From Pseudomonadota bacterium (GTDB taxonomy: Bacteria; Pseudomonadota; Gammaproteobacteria; Burkholderiales; Burkholderiaceae_C), in assembly GCA_021845505.1 (NCBI GenBank), contig JAJZVU010000003.1, forward strand, positions 90,813 to 114,812: 24,000 nucleotides of DNA. The letters run 5' to 3'. Made by a program: the position numbers and the translations under genes. This document shows, piece after piece, positions 15,279-23,388 of the stretch (positions are counted from its first letter, which is position 1; each line of letters begins with the position of its first letter). The notes under the pieces were generated by a model. That model worked only from the letters and a program-made list of their open reading frames with translations. It was not told where the DNA came from and did not search any database.

Positions 15279-16097
15279 TCACTCCGGTGGCGCGTGCTCT
15301 CCGAACCACTGTTCGTACAGCGAATTGTATTCCGGGTACAGGGACCCATGTTTCATTTCGTTCACGATGGTGTTCAGATAAAGCCACCACGCGAAATGCC
15401 CCTGTTTCAGGAAGACCGCGTTGTTCAAGGTGCCGGCCGTATCGCCGGGGAGCATGCGCAGCTGTCCGGGGTGCTGCTTGACGATCCAGGCGAGAAAAGG
15501 ACGATCGGTACACGCCGCCTGCGCTTGCCCGCTAAGCACCGCTGCGTATTGTGCTGATTGCGTCGGAAAGTACAGGGCGTTGGCCTTCGGATAAAGCGTC
15601 GCATGCCGCTGGTGATCGGGGAGAACGTTCAACAGCGCGACCGTGATGCCCTTCTGGTTGATATCCTGGAAGGTCTTGATCGGCGAATCCTTCTTCACCA
15701 GGCAGCCATTCCCCGACTTGAAATAACCCTCGGTGAAGGCGACCTTCAGAATCCGCGCGGGATAGATGGTGGTGGTCATGATCCCGAAATCGGCACGACC
15801 CGAGTTGACGGTCGTCCATCGAGCGGGAAACGATGTGCGGACGAATTCGATGGCATTGGGATTGTTGAATAGCGACTTCGCTATCAACCTTGCGATGCCG
15901 ATCTCGAAGCCCTCCAGATGACCGTCCTGCCCGATGAACTCGAAGGGCGGCGAGGCCGAGGTCACGGCAACACGCACTTTGCCCCTTGCCAGCACGGCTT
16001 TCAATATGGAGTGCCCCTGCGCGAAGGCGGGCGAGGCCGCCAGCCCCATCGCGATCGCCATCGCCATGGGCGCCATCAGAAATCTGAAGAGTTTCAT
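15279..16097 (-). CDS. periplasmic substrate-binding protein, family 3 (polar amino acids/opines)
   Basis: Start at MKLFRFLMAPMAMAIAMGLAASPAFA/QG (16097) with AAGGAGA 6 nt upstream. GKVRVAVTSASPPFEF…GFEIGIARLIA is typical of SBP_bac_3. The ORF-track extension to 16187 is rejected. Confidence 0.85.
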   Translation of the reverse strand: MKLFRFLMAPMAMAIAMGLAASPAFAQGHSILKAVLARGKVRVAVTSASPPFEFIGQDGHLEGFEIGIARLIAKSLFNNPNAIEFVRTSFPARWTTVNSGRADFGIMTTTIYPARILKVAFTEGYFKSGNGCLVKKDSPIKTFQDINQKGITVALLNVLPDHQRHATLYPKANALYFPTQSAQYAAVLSGQAQAACTDRPFLAWIVKQHPGQLRMLPGDTAGTLNNAVFLKQGHFAWWLYLNTIVNEMKHGSLYPEYNSLYEQWFGEHAPPE

Positions 16098-16338
16098 CGT
16101 GCTGTCTCCTTCGGTTGGATCCGCGTTATCGCGTTCCGGGAATGCTGTTTGACCCTGCCTCCGGAATTCCACCGCCGACACGTCCACGGCGCACGCTTGC
16201 CCGGGTGTCCACGGCGATCTCCGGCTCCGTGCTTCGCTTCATTGACCTCCTCTCGTGCAGTGCGTGATCGATATTTCGCGCAGCGCCAGGGGTTCCGGCG
16301 CAGACACTCTGCCTCGCCGCGGATCGCTCAGCGTGGAC

Positions 16339-17733
16339 TCAAGCCCGGCGAAGGTCATCCGCCGCCAGCGACCCGGTCTTCCGGTAATCGGTCTGCGCCG
16401 GCGCGCCCTGCCCCGCGCGCGTCAACGCGACACCCAAGCGCCCGACGATGTCGTCGATCTCCGACTGAGTCGTGATGATCGGCGGGCAGATGCGGATGTA
16501 GTTCTTCACACAGATCAGCACGAGCCCCTCCAGCAGCGCGTAATACCGTATGCGCTCGGCCATCGCGTGATCGGGCTCGCGGGTTTCCGGATCGGCCACG
16601 ATGTCCAGCATGTGGTAGAGCCCACGCCCGCGTACGTCGCCGATGCATTCGTGTCGCTGCTGCAGCCCCAGCAGCCCCTGCTGAAGATGCCGCCCGACGT
16701 TCTCGGCGTGTTCGGTGAGCTTGTCGCGCAGGACGATCTGGAGTTGCTTCAGAGCGACGGCACAAGCCAGTGGATCCTGGGGATAGGTTCCGGACCACGG
16801 GATGCCCTTCTTGCCCCGCGCAGCGCTGGCGATCTTCGGGGTGGTGACCGTTCCGCACGTCGCGAATCCGGCCGTCATTCCCTTGGCGAAGGTGACGATA
16901 TCGGGGAGCACGTCGTAGTGTTGGAAGCCCCACAGCTTGCCGGTGCGGCCGGGAGCCAACTGGGCCTCGTCGAAGATCAACAGTGCACCCCACCGGTCCG
17001 CGAGTTCGCGCAGGCCCCGCAGCCACCGCTGCGATGGCACGATCATCCCTCCCGCCACCATCATCGGCTCGACGATGATCCCGGCAATCTCCTGGCTCGT
17101 CGTGTACTCGAGCATGTCGGCTGTCATCTGCAGGCTGATGCGATCCCATTCATCGGCGTCACGCACCGGCGCCCGATAGTAGAAGGGCGGAACGATGATG
17201 TTGGACCGCGCCGGCATGGTCAGCGGGCCCAGGCCGCGCTTGCGCCCGCCCCCCACGGTCGTGACCGCTTCCGCCGCGAGCGAACCGCCGTGCAAACCCC
17301 TTACGACGGAGCAGATCTCGAAGCCACCGGTGGCACCCAGGGCCATGCGCATCGCCACCTCATTGGCCTCGGAGCCGGTCACGGCAAAATTGACCATTTT
17401 CAAATCGCCGGGCAAAGTGCTTGCAATCAATTCTGCAAACTCGATGGCCCAGGGGTTCGTATACCAGGAAGACTGGTGCACGAACTGCTCCGCCATGGTC
17501 TTGATGGTATCGACCAGCTCCGGGTGGGCGTGGCCGAGGAGCAGCGACATCATGCCGCCACTCATGTCGTAATACTCGTGGTTGTCGACGTCGTAGATCT
17601 TCACCCCCTTGCCGCGCGTGAAGATGATTCGCGGCTCGTATCGCCAGCCGAGTACGGATTCCGCATCGCGCGCCATCAGCGCTCGATGGGACGCGGAGAG
17701 CTGGAAGGCCTTCTCGACGTGCTTGTCCGACAT
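16339..17733 (-). CDS. class-III (omega) PLP aminotransferase family protein, dialkylglycine-decarboxylase-like subgroup
   Basis: Start at MSDKHVEKAF (17733) with GAGGAG 6 nt upstream. SGGMMSLLLGHAHPELV, VTGSEANEVAMRMA, IIVEPMMVAGGMIVP, LIFDEAQLAPGRTGKLWG, PLP-lysine in DIVTFAKGMTAG, CIGDVRGRGL. The 123-codon upstream extension in the ORF track is rejected. Confidence 0.9.
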   Translation of the reverse strand: MSDKHVEKAFQLSASHRALMARDAESVLGWRYEPRIIFTRGKGVKIYDVDNHEYYDMSGGMMSLLLGHAHPELVDTIKTMAEQFVHQSSWYTNPWAIEFAELIASTLPGDLKMVNFAVTGSEANEVAMRMALGATGGFEICSVVRGLHGGSLAAEAVTTVGGGRKRGLGPLTMPARSNIIVPPFYYRAPVRDADEWDRISLQMTADMLEYTTSQEIAGIIVEPMMVAGGMIVPSQRWLRGLRELADRWGALLIFDEAQLAPGRTGKLWGFQHYDVLPDIVTFAKGMTAGFATCGTVTTPKIASAARGKKGIPWSGTYPQDPLACAVALKQLQIVLRDKLTEHAENVGRHLQQGLLGLQQRHECIGDVRGRGLYHMLDIVADPETREPDHAMAERIRYYALLEGLVLICVKNYIRICPPIITTQSEIDDIVGRLGVALTRAGQGAPAQTDYRKTGSLAADDLRRA

Positions 17734-18080
17734 GAATAGCTCCTCGTGCGTTAGGGCGTGCCACGGCGTGTCGTCTGGTTTGCCGCGCCCCCCCGGAAAA
17801 GTGAATGACTTGCCGGCCGTGAGCGTCGCCACTTTCCACCGGACTTGCCGCCGCGAATAACCGTGCCGGTGATCCCTTGATTCCTGGATCCCGGTGCGCT
17901 TCGATACCTGGTTCGGCGGGATCACATCCGACCGATTCGCCCCTGCCGAGGCGCTCTGTTCATTCGTCTTCTGGTTTCTATCCCGCAGACCCCGAAAAAC
18001 CGCGCGCACAGCGGCTGCGCGCGTATTGTCCGCCGCCTGGTGTGTGGCCCTCATCGCCCGTCGTTCCTGACTGTGCCTAG

Positions 18081-18144
18081 AATAGGAACCAGCTGACTTC
18101 ACGTCTACTGATCTTTTCTTACGTGATACGTTAGAATTCCTATT
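18081..18144. promoter_or_regulatory. AT-rich divergent control region with 8-bp inverted repeat and ACGT dyad (candidate LysR operator)
   Basis: AATAGGAA (18081-18088) and TTCCTATT (18137-18144) are exact reverse complements 48 nt apart. Between them lies the imperfect dyad TTACGTgatACGTTA (18119-18133). Local GC is about 45% by hand count. The region is 32-95 nt upstream of the LysR start. Confidence 0.3.
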
Positions 18145-18175
18145 GAAATAGCGAGCTTACGGCGGGGGGGCGCGC

Positions 18176-19081
18176 ATGAACGCTGTTCGATTGCGGGTGC
18201 TGCGTGAGGTCGCACGTTGCGGGACGATGGCGGCGGCTGCGGAAGCGTTGTTTCTCTCGCCGTCCGCCGTGTCACAACAGATTGCGCAGTTGGAGATGGA
18301 AGCAGGAGTTCCCTTGACGAAGAGAGATGGTCGAGGGGTACGTCTTACCCCCGCCGGCCTGGCCCTCGTTTCGTATGCGGAGCGGGTCATGGAAGTACTC
18401 GACGAGGCAAAATCGGAGATGGCGAAATACCGCCGCGAAATTGTCGGGGAATTGCGCATCGCCGCGTTCCCTTCCATAGCGTCTGTGCTACTTCCGAATA
18501 CGATCAAATCACTCAAGCAGGATTTTCCGCGCCTGTGCATCGTCGTCGATGAAATGGAGTCGCTCGATTGCCTTGCCGCCCTCCGGTCCTGGCGCGCCGA
18601 TGTGGCGCTGGTGGATGATCTGCCGGTGATGTTCAGCGATCGACACGAGGGCATCGATCATCTTCCCTTGACCGAGGACCTGCTCTTCGTGCTGGTACCG
18701 GAATGCCATGAGCTGGCGACAAGGGAATCCGTGAGCATCGCCGAGCTCAGAGGCGAGACATGGGCGCTCAATACTGCGAGCGGCGCGTTTGGCGATTTCA
18801 TCATCAGCCTGTGCCGTCTCGCCGGCTACGAGCCGCACATCAACGCGGCCTGCAAGAGCTTCACGATGGTGTCCGCGATGGTGTCGTCAGGATGCTCGGT
18901 ATCGGTCGCGCCCGGCTTGCGACTGATCCACCCCATCGAGGGCATCAAGGCGATCAGACTCTGCCCCGAAGTTCGCAGGAAGACATCGGCGGCCTATCGC
19001 TCTGGTGAAAAGGAGCATCCGGCGATCAGGGTACTGCTCCAACACCTGCTGCGAAACCGCGCCAACGGCCAGCAGTCTTGA
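18176..19081 (+). CDS. LysR-family transcriptional regulator
   Basis: 301 aa. N-terminal wHTH LRVLREVARCGTMAAAAEALFLSPSAVSQQIAQLE…GVPLTKRDGRGVRLTPAG. C-terminal LysR substrate-binding-like region. Confidence 0.9.
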   Translation: MNAVRLRVLREVARCGTMAAAAEALFLSPSAVSQQIAQLEMEAGVPLTKRDGRGVRLTPAGLALVSYAERVMEVLDEAKSEMAKYRREIVGELRIAAFPSIASVLLPNTIKSLKQDFPRLCIVVDEMESLDCLAALRSWRADVALVDDLPVMFSDRHEGIDHLPLTEDLLFVLVPECHELATRESVSIAELRGETWALNTASGAFGDFIISLCRLAGYEPHINAACKSFTMVSAMVSSGCSVSVAPGLRLIHPIEGIKAIRLCPEVRRKTSAAYRSGEKEHPAIRVLLQHLLRNRANGQQS

Positions 19082-19111
19082 GCCGCGCGCGAGCGATCGC
19101 GCCCCGGCGGC

Positions 19112-19801
19112 TCAGTCGATCGGCCGGCCGTCCTCGAACATGCCGCCCGAGGGTCCGTCGGCCGGCAGCCGCACGCCCCACAGCAGGCTTGCAGCGCCCT
19201 GTCGCACCGAGCGGGGAGCCGAGGCGCCGCCCATGTCGGTGCGCACCCAGCCGGGGCTGATCGAATTGACCAGGATCCCGCGGTCCTGCCAGCGCGCGGC
19301 GAACACCCGCGCCATCGCGGTGACCGCCGCCTTGCTCGCGCCGTAGCCCCCGGGCGCCTGCCGCGCCAGGGCCTCGATGTCCTGCAGCGACAACCCGGGG
19401 TCGCGCAGGCGCTTGGCGAGTTCGCGAGGCTGCGCCGACAGCCTGCCCAGTCCGCTGCTGACCATCACGACGCGCGCTCCCGCCACCAGCAGCGGCTCCA
19501 GCGCCAGCGTCAGGCGCAACGGCCCGAGCACGTTGACATCCCAGACCAGCCGCGCCGGCGCCTGGTAGACCCCGGCGTTGTTCACCAGCGCGTCCAGGTT
19601 CTGCGTCTCGGCGCGCAGCCGCCCGGCCAGCGCGTCGATGGAGCCCGGGTCGGCCATGTCGACCCGCTCGGCCCGCGTGCCGGCGGGCGCAGACGCGGGG
19701 TCGCGAACCCCCGCCAGCACCTGCCAGCCCTCGGCTGCCAGGATGCAGGCGAGTTCGCGGCCGATTCCCCGGCTGGCTCCGGTGATCAGTGCGGTCGGCA
19801 T
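19112..19801 (-). CDS. short-chain dehydrogenase/reductase (SDR)
   Basis: Start at MPTALITGASRGIGRE (19801) within ORF 19112-20701. TGxxxGIG cofactor motif, NNAG, catalytic YGASKAAV. The 300-codon upstream extension is shadow sequence overlapping the opposite-strand lipoprotein gene. Confidence 0.85.
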   Translation of the reverse strand: MPTALITGASRGIGRELACILAAEGWQVLAGVRDPASAPAGTRAERVDMADPGSIDALAGRLRAETQNLDALVNNAGVYQAPARLVWDVNVLGPLRLTLALEPLLVAGARVVMVSSGLGRLSAQPRELAKRLRDPGLSLQDIEALARQAPGGYGASKAAVTAMARVFAARWQDRGILVNSISPGWVRTDMGGASAPRSVRQGAASLLWGVRLPADGPSGGMFEDGRPID

Positions 19802-19966
19802 GGTCGGGTGGTCGTCTCGGGCGGGCTGGTGTCGCGTCCGAGTGTACGAGCCTGCCGCGACGGGCGCGCGGCGCTGCGCGCCCGTCGCGTTTACCCGGTG
19901 ACCCCACGGATCGACATGCACTATTCTGCACAACGACCCTGGATACACGACCACCTGGAACAGGAC

Positions 19967-20977
19967 ATGCGCGACTTCTCGCACGGACATTGCACAAACC
20001 TTCGAATCTGGGCTTGGGCCTTGCTCTGCGTGCTGCCGCTGTGGCTGGCTGGCTGCGGCGGCGGCGGCGGCGGTTCGGGCGTCGCGGCGGCCCCGCCCCC
20101 GACCCCGACCCCGACCACCCTGTCGACCACGCTGGCCGCCAGCGTGTCCTCGCTGGCGCTGTCGGTGAACGACCCGGGGTTGAACCCGGCGCTGACCGGC
20201 AACCCGCGGATCATCACCGTCACCAACACCGGCAGCGTGACGGCCACGGATGTCACCGTCAGCGTGGCACCCGCGCTGCCCTCCGGCACGACCGTCGCCA
20301 GCAACTGCACCAACCTGGCCGCCGCGGCGAGCTGCACCCTCACCGTCACCCCCGGCGCGACGCCCAGCGCTGCGGCCGGGGTGCTGGCACCCGCGGTGCC
20401 GGTGGCGACCATCGCGGCGAGCAACGGCAACACGCTTGCGGTGCCGATCCAGGTGCTGGGCTACGGCAGCGTCTACCAGGGCGGCTACGTGTTCGCGATC
20501 GACGACACGACCCCCGACACCGGCAGCGTCGGCGGCAAGGTCGCCGCGCTCAGCGACGCGTCCACTGCGCTGGTCTGGGGCGGCCTCGGAACGGCCACCG
20601 GGGCCAGCAGCCTGAGCGACGGCCAGACCAATACCCCGACCATCGTCACCGTGCTGGGCACGGGAACCTATGCGGCCTACGCCTGCACGCTGCCCGACCA
20701 CGGCTACACCGACTGGTATCTGCCGGCGATCTGTGAAATGGACACGAGGGGGAGCGGCTGCCCGGCGTCGACGCAGACCATGCAGTCGAGTCTGGTGGAC
20801 AACGGCAACGTCGGTGCGCTGAGCGGCAACAACTACTGGAGTTCCAGCGAGGATCTGGCCAACACCACCTTCGAGGCCTGGGGGGAGTTTTTCTCGACCG
20901 GAGGCACCGACGTGGCATACACTGCCACCAAGGGGTTTGCGCTGGACGTTCGCTGTGCGCGCCAGCTGACGCCCTGA
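19967..20977 (+). CDS. lipoprotein with Ig-like NTG…SC domain and C-terminal DUF1566 (Lcl C-terminal-like) domain
   Basis: Lipobox LPLWLAGC, then a Gly6 and (Pro-Thr)3 linker. ITVTNTGSVTATDVTVS…CTNLAAAASCTLTVTPG matches the common beta-sandwich motif. C-terminal DWYLPAICEM…NYWSSSE…VRCAR is DUF1566-like. An alternative ATG lies at 19916. Confidence 0.7.
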   Translation: MRDFSHGHCTNLRIWAWALLCVLPLWLAGCGGGGGGSGVAAAPPPTPTPTTLSTTLAASVSSLALSVNDPGLNPALTGNPRIITVTNTGSVTATDVTVSVAPALPSGTTVASNCTNLAAAASCTLTVTPGATPSAAAGVLAPAVPVATIAASNGNTLAVPIQVLGYGSVYQGGYVFAIDDTTPDTGSVGGKVAALSDASTALVWGGLGTATGASSLSDGQTNTPTIVTVLGTGTYAAYACTLPDHGYTDWYLPAICEMDTRGSGCPASTQTMQSSLVDNGNVGALSGNNYWSSSEDLANTTFEAWGEFFSTGGTDVAYTATKGFALDVRCARQLTP

Positions 20978-21031
20978 CGCGGGACTCCGCGCGGCCGATG
21001 CCGCGAGGCGCGCGCCGGGTCGCGGCGCGGG

Positions 21032-21727
21032 TCAGCGCGCCAGCCGCAGCCTCGCTGCCGCCGCCCGGATCGCCTCCTCCCGCGCCGGGCGAACGCTGTC
21101 GATGCGCGAGTTGACCGCGGCCAGCACCGCCGGGGCGGCATCCTCCGGGCGTCCGCAGTCGAAGGCGGGTTGCGGCGCGTATTCGATCGCCAGCTGCACC
21201 TGCTGGGCGCAGGACGGCCCCGCCACCTCGGCGATCACGCTCAGCGCCAGGTCGATTCCGGCGGTCACGCCGCCTCCGGTGTACAGATGGCCGTCGCGCA
21301 CCACCCGCGCCGCATCGGGCTGGGCGCCGAAGGCTGCGAGGCGGTCGCGCCAGGCCCAGTGGCAGGCCGCGCGCCGGCCCTGCAGCAGCCCCGCGGCGCC
21401 GAGCAGCAGCGAGCCGGTGCACACCGAAGTCAGGTAGCGCGCCGACCCGGACAGGCGGCGCAGCTGCGCCAGGAACTCGGCGTCGCCCATCGCCTCGGCG
21501 GTGCCCGGGCCGCCCGGCACGCACAGCAAGTCGCAGACGGCGACATCGCCCAGGCGCTCGACGCCGGCGAAACGCAGCCCGCCCTCGGCGGTGATCGACC
21601 CGCCCGTGGTCGAGGCCAGGATGCACTGCGCGCCCGGCAGCCGGGACAGCACCTCGTGGGGCGCGGTGAAGTCGAGCTGGGTGACTCCCGGGTAGACGGC
21701 GAAGACGACGCGGAAGGCTTGCGGCAT
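21032..21727 (-). CDS. DJ-1/PfpI family protein (isonitrile-hydratase-like class I glutamine amidotransferase-like fold)
   Basis: Start at MPQAFRVVFAVYPGVTQLDF (21727) with AGGAG 6 nt upstream. Nucleophile elbow SVCTGSLLLGAAGLL. GGGVTAGIDLAL. Confidence 0.85.
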   Translation of the reverse strand: MPQAFRVVFAVYPGVTQLDFTAPHEVLSRLPGAQCILASTTGGSITAEGGLRFAGVERLGDVAVCDLLCVPGGPGTAEAMGDAEFLAQLRRLSGSARYLTSVCTGSLLLGAAGLLQGRRAACHWAWRDRLAAFGAQPDAARVVRDGHLYTGGGVTAGIDLALSVIAEVAGPSCAQQVQLAIEYAPQPAFDCGRPEDAAPAVLAAVNSRIDSVRPAREEAIRAAAARLRLAR

Positions 21728-21808
21728 GGCGGGCTCCTGGATCGCGATGCCCGTATGTTCGGCGCATAATCGCCTGGCGCAAAGGACAATGTTCCCACCT
21801 TTTCTGCC

Positions 21809-22750
21809 ATGCGCGACATCGCCCTGTTCATCTTCCCGGGTTTCCAGATCCTCGATGCCAGCGGGCCGATCGCGGCCTTCGAGATCGCCGAGCGCTACCT
21901 GCCCGGCAGCTATGCGCTGCAGGTGGTCGCCGCCGCCGGCGGCGCGGTGCCCAGTTCGTCCGGCGTGTGCCTGCAGGCGCGCGGCATGCGCGGGATGCGC
22001 CCGGTCGACACCTTGCTGATCGCAGGCGGCGACGGCGTGGACGCGGCCTGCGAGTGCGTCGCCACGCGCCGCTTCGTGCAGCGCATGGCGCGCTCGGCGA
22101 GCCGCGTGGCCAGCGTGTGCTCCGGGGCCTATCTGCTGGCCAGCGCGGGCCTGCTCGACGGCCTGCGTGCGACCACCCACTGGGGCCGAACTCCCGACTT
22201 CGCGCGGCGTTTTCCCGCAGTGCGACTCGAAGCCGACCGCATCTTCATCCGCCAGGGGCGGGTCTGGACCTCGGCCGGGATCAGCGCGGGGATCGACCTC
22301 GCGCTGGCGCTGATCGCCGATGACCTGGGCGAAGCGCTGGCGCGCAAGACGGCCCGGCAACTCGTCGTGTACTACCGCCGCCCCGGCGGCCAGTCGCAGT
22401 TCTCCGCGCTGCTCGACATGGACCGGCCGAGCGGCCGCTTCAGCGGGTTGCTGGACTACGTCCGCGAGCACCTGCGCGAGCGCCTGAGCGTCGAGGACCT
22501 CGCCGAGCGCAGCCACCTCAGTGCGCGGCAGTTCTCCCGGCTGTTCCATGCCGAGGTCGGGGTGTCGCCGGCCCGGGCCGTGGAGGCGCTGCGGGTCGAG
22601 GCGGCCAGGGCGCTGCTGGAAAGCGGCGCGCCGTCGATCCAGCGTACCGCCAGCGACTGCGGCTTCGGCCATGCCGAACGCATGCGCCGCAGCTTCCTGC
22701 GCATCACCGGTGCGCCGCCGACCGCTGCCCGGCGGCGCGCCCGGCCCTGA
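21809..22750 (+). CDS. GlxA-family transcriptional regulator (DJ-1/PfpI-like sensor domain plus AraC-type HTH)
   Basis: N-terminal IALFIFPGFQILDASGP…SVCSGAYLLASAGLLDG. C-terminal AraC HTH LSVEDLAERSHLSARQFSRLFHAEVGVSPARAVEALRVEAAR…CGFGHAERMRRSF. Divergent from the DJ-1/PfpI gene. Confidence 0.9.
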   Translation: MRDIALFIFPGFQILDASGPIAAFEIAERYLPGSYALQVVAAAGGAVPSSSGVCLQARGMRGMRPVDTLLIAGGDGVDAACECVATRRFVQRMARSASRVASVCSGAYLLASAGLLDGLRATTHWGRTPDFARRFPAVRLEADRIFIRQGRVWTSAGISAGIDLALALIADDLGEALARKTARQLVVYYRRPGGQSQFSALLDMDRPSGRFSGLLDYVREHLRERLSVEDLAERSHLSARQFSRLFHAEVGVSPARAVEALRVEAARALLESGAPSIQRTASDCGFGHAERMRRSFLRITGAPPTAARRRARP

Positions 22751-22790
22751 GCGCGCGGCAGCTCCGCGCCGCGTGCCGCGCCGCCGCCTC

Positions 22791-23363
22791 TCAGCGGCCG
22801 TCCAGCCGCAGCAGCATGCGGCCGCGCTGCTCGACCATCTGCATGCGCGACAGCACGTTCATTCCCAGCAGCGCGGTGCCGGGCAGCATGTCGGGCAGCA
22901 CCGCGACCCGCACGTCGCGTGCGCTGAAGGGCCCGAACCGCAGTTCGCGGGCCAGCGCCATGCAACCCGCCGTGCGACCGTTGGCGGTCTGCGACGCGAT
23001 GCCCTGGCACCCCACCAGGCGCATGCGGCGGGCCGCTGCCGCGGAAACCGACACCGTCGAGGCCCCGGTGTCGACCAGGAAGCGGATCGGCACGCCGTCG
23101 ATCGATCCGGGCAGCGTGTAGTTGCCCGCGCGGTCGGGACTCAGCAGCACCTCGCGCGCCTGCACCGCGCGCACCCGCACCGGCCGCAGGCCGGGCACGA
23201 AGGCCTGCATCATCAGGTACAGCGCTCCGCCGATCAGCAGCCACAGCACGACCATCGAGAACGTGCCGCCCGACGGCCGACCCCGGGGGACCCAGCCGGG
23301 AGCAGGCCCCCCAGGCTGCTGCTGCGGGGCCCGCCCGCAGCCGTCACGGTCGTCGTTGGCCAT
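22791..23363 (-). CDS. retropepsin-like (clan AA) membrane-anchored aspartic protease
   Basis: TM helix MVVLWLLIGGALYLMMQAF, then GNYTLPGSIDGVPIRFLVDTGASTVSV (D-T-G active-site motif) and LLGMNVL. The start could instead be the ATG at 23255 (MVVLW…). Confidence 0.75.
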   Translation of the reverse strand: MANDDRDGCGRAPQQQPGGPAPGWVPRGRPSGGTFSMVVLWLLIGGALYLMMQAFVPGLRPVRVRAVQAREVLLSPDRAGNYTLPGSIDGVPIRFLVDTGASTVSVSAAAARRMRLVGCQGIASQTANGRTAGCMALARELRFGPFSARDVRVAVLPDMLPGTALLGMNVLSRMQMVEQRGRMLLRLDGR

Positions 23364-23388
23364 GTCGGGGATTGTGCTCCCTGCGCGG

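Noticed and set aside
17741-17763. TGGCACG on the minus strand just upstream of the aminotransferase start
   Set aside because: The downstream element is AACGC with N11 spacing. The implied TSS would fall on or after the SD and start codon. No sigma-54 activator is associated with this operon, which has a LysR regulator instead.
17734-18102. 123-codon upstream extension of the aminotransferase ORF
   Set aside because: No aminotransferase homology is expected there. A strong SD (GAGGAG) precedes the ATG at 17733, and the N-terminal length then matches class-III enzymes.
19802-20701. 300-codon upstream extension of the SDR ORF; likewise the 21728-22672 extension of the DJ-1/PfpI ORF and the 20646-21782 minus ORF
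   Set aside because: These are shadow sequence antisense to the DUF1566 lipoprotein and GlxA genes. The real starts coincide with the TGxxxGIG and beta1 motifs and with SD sequences.
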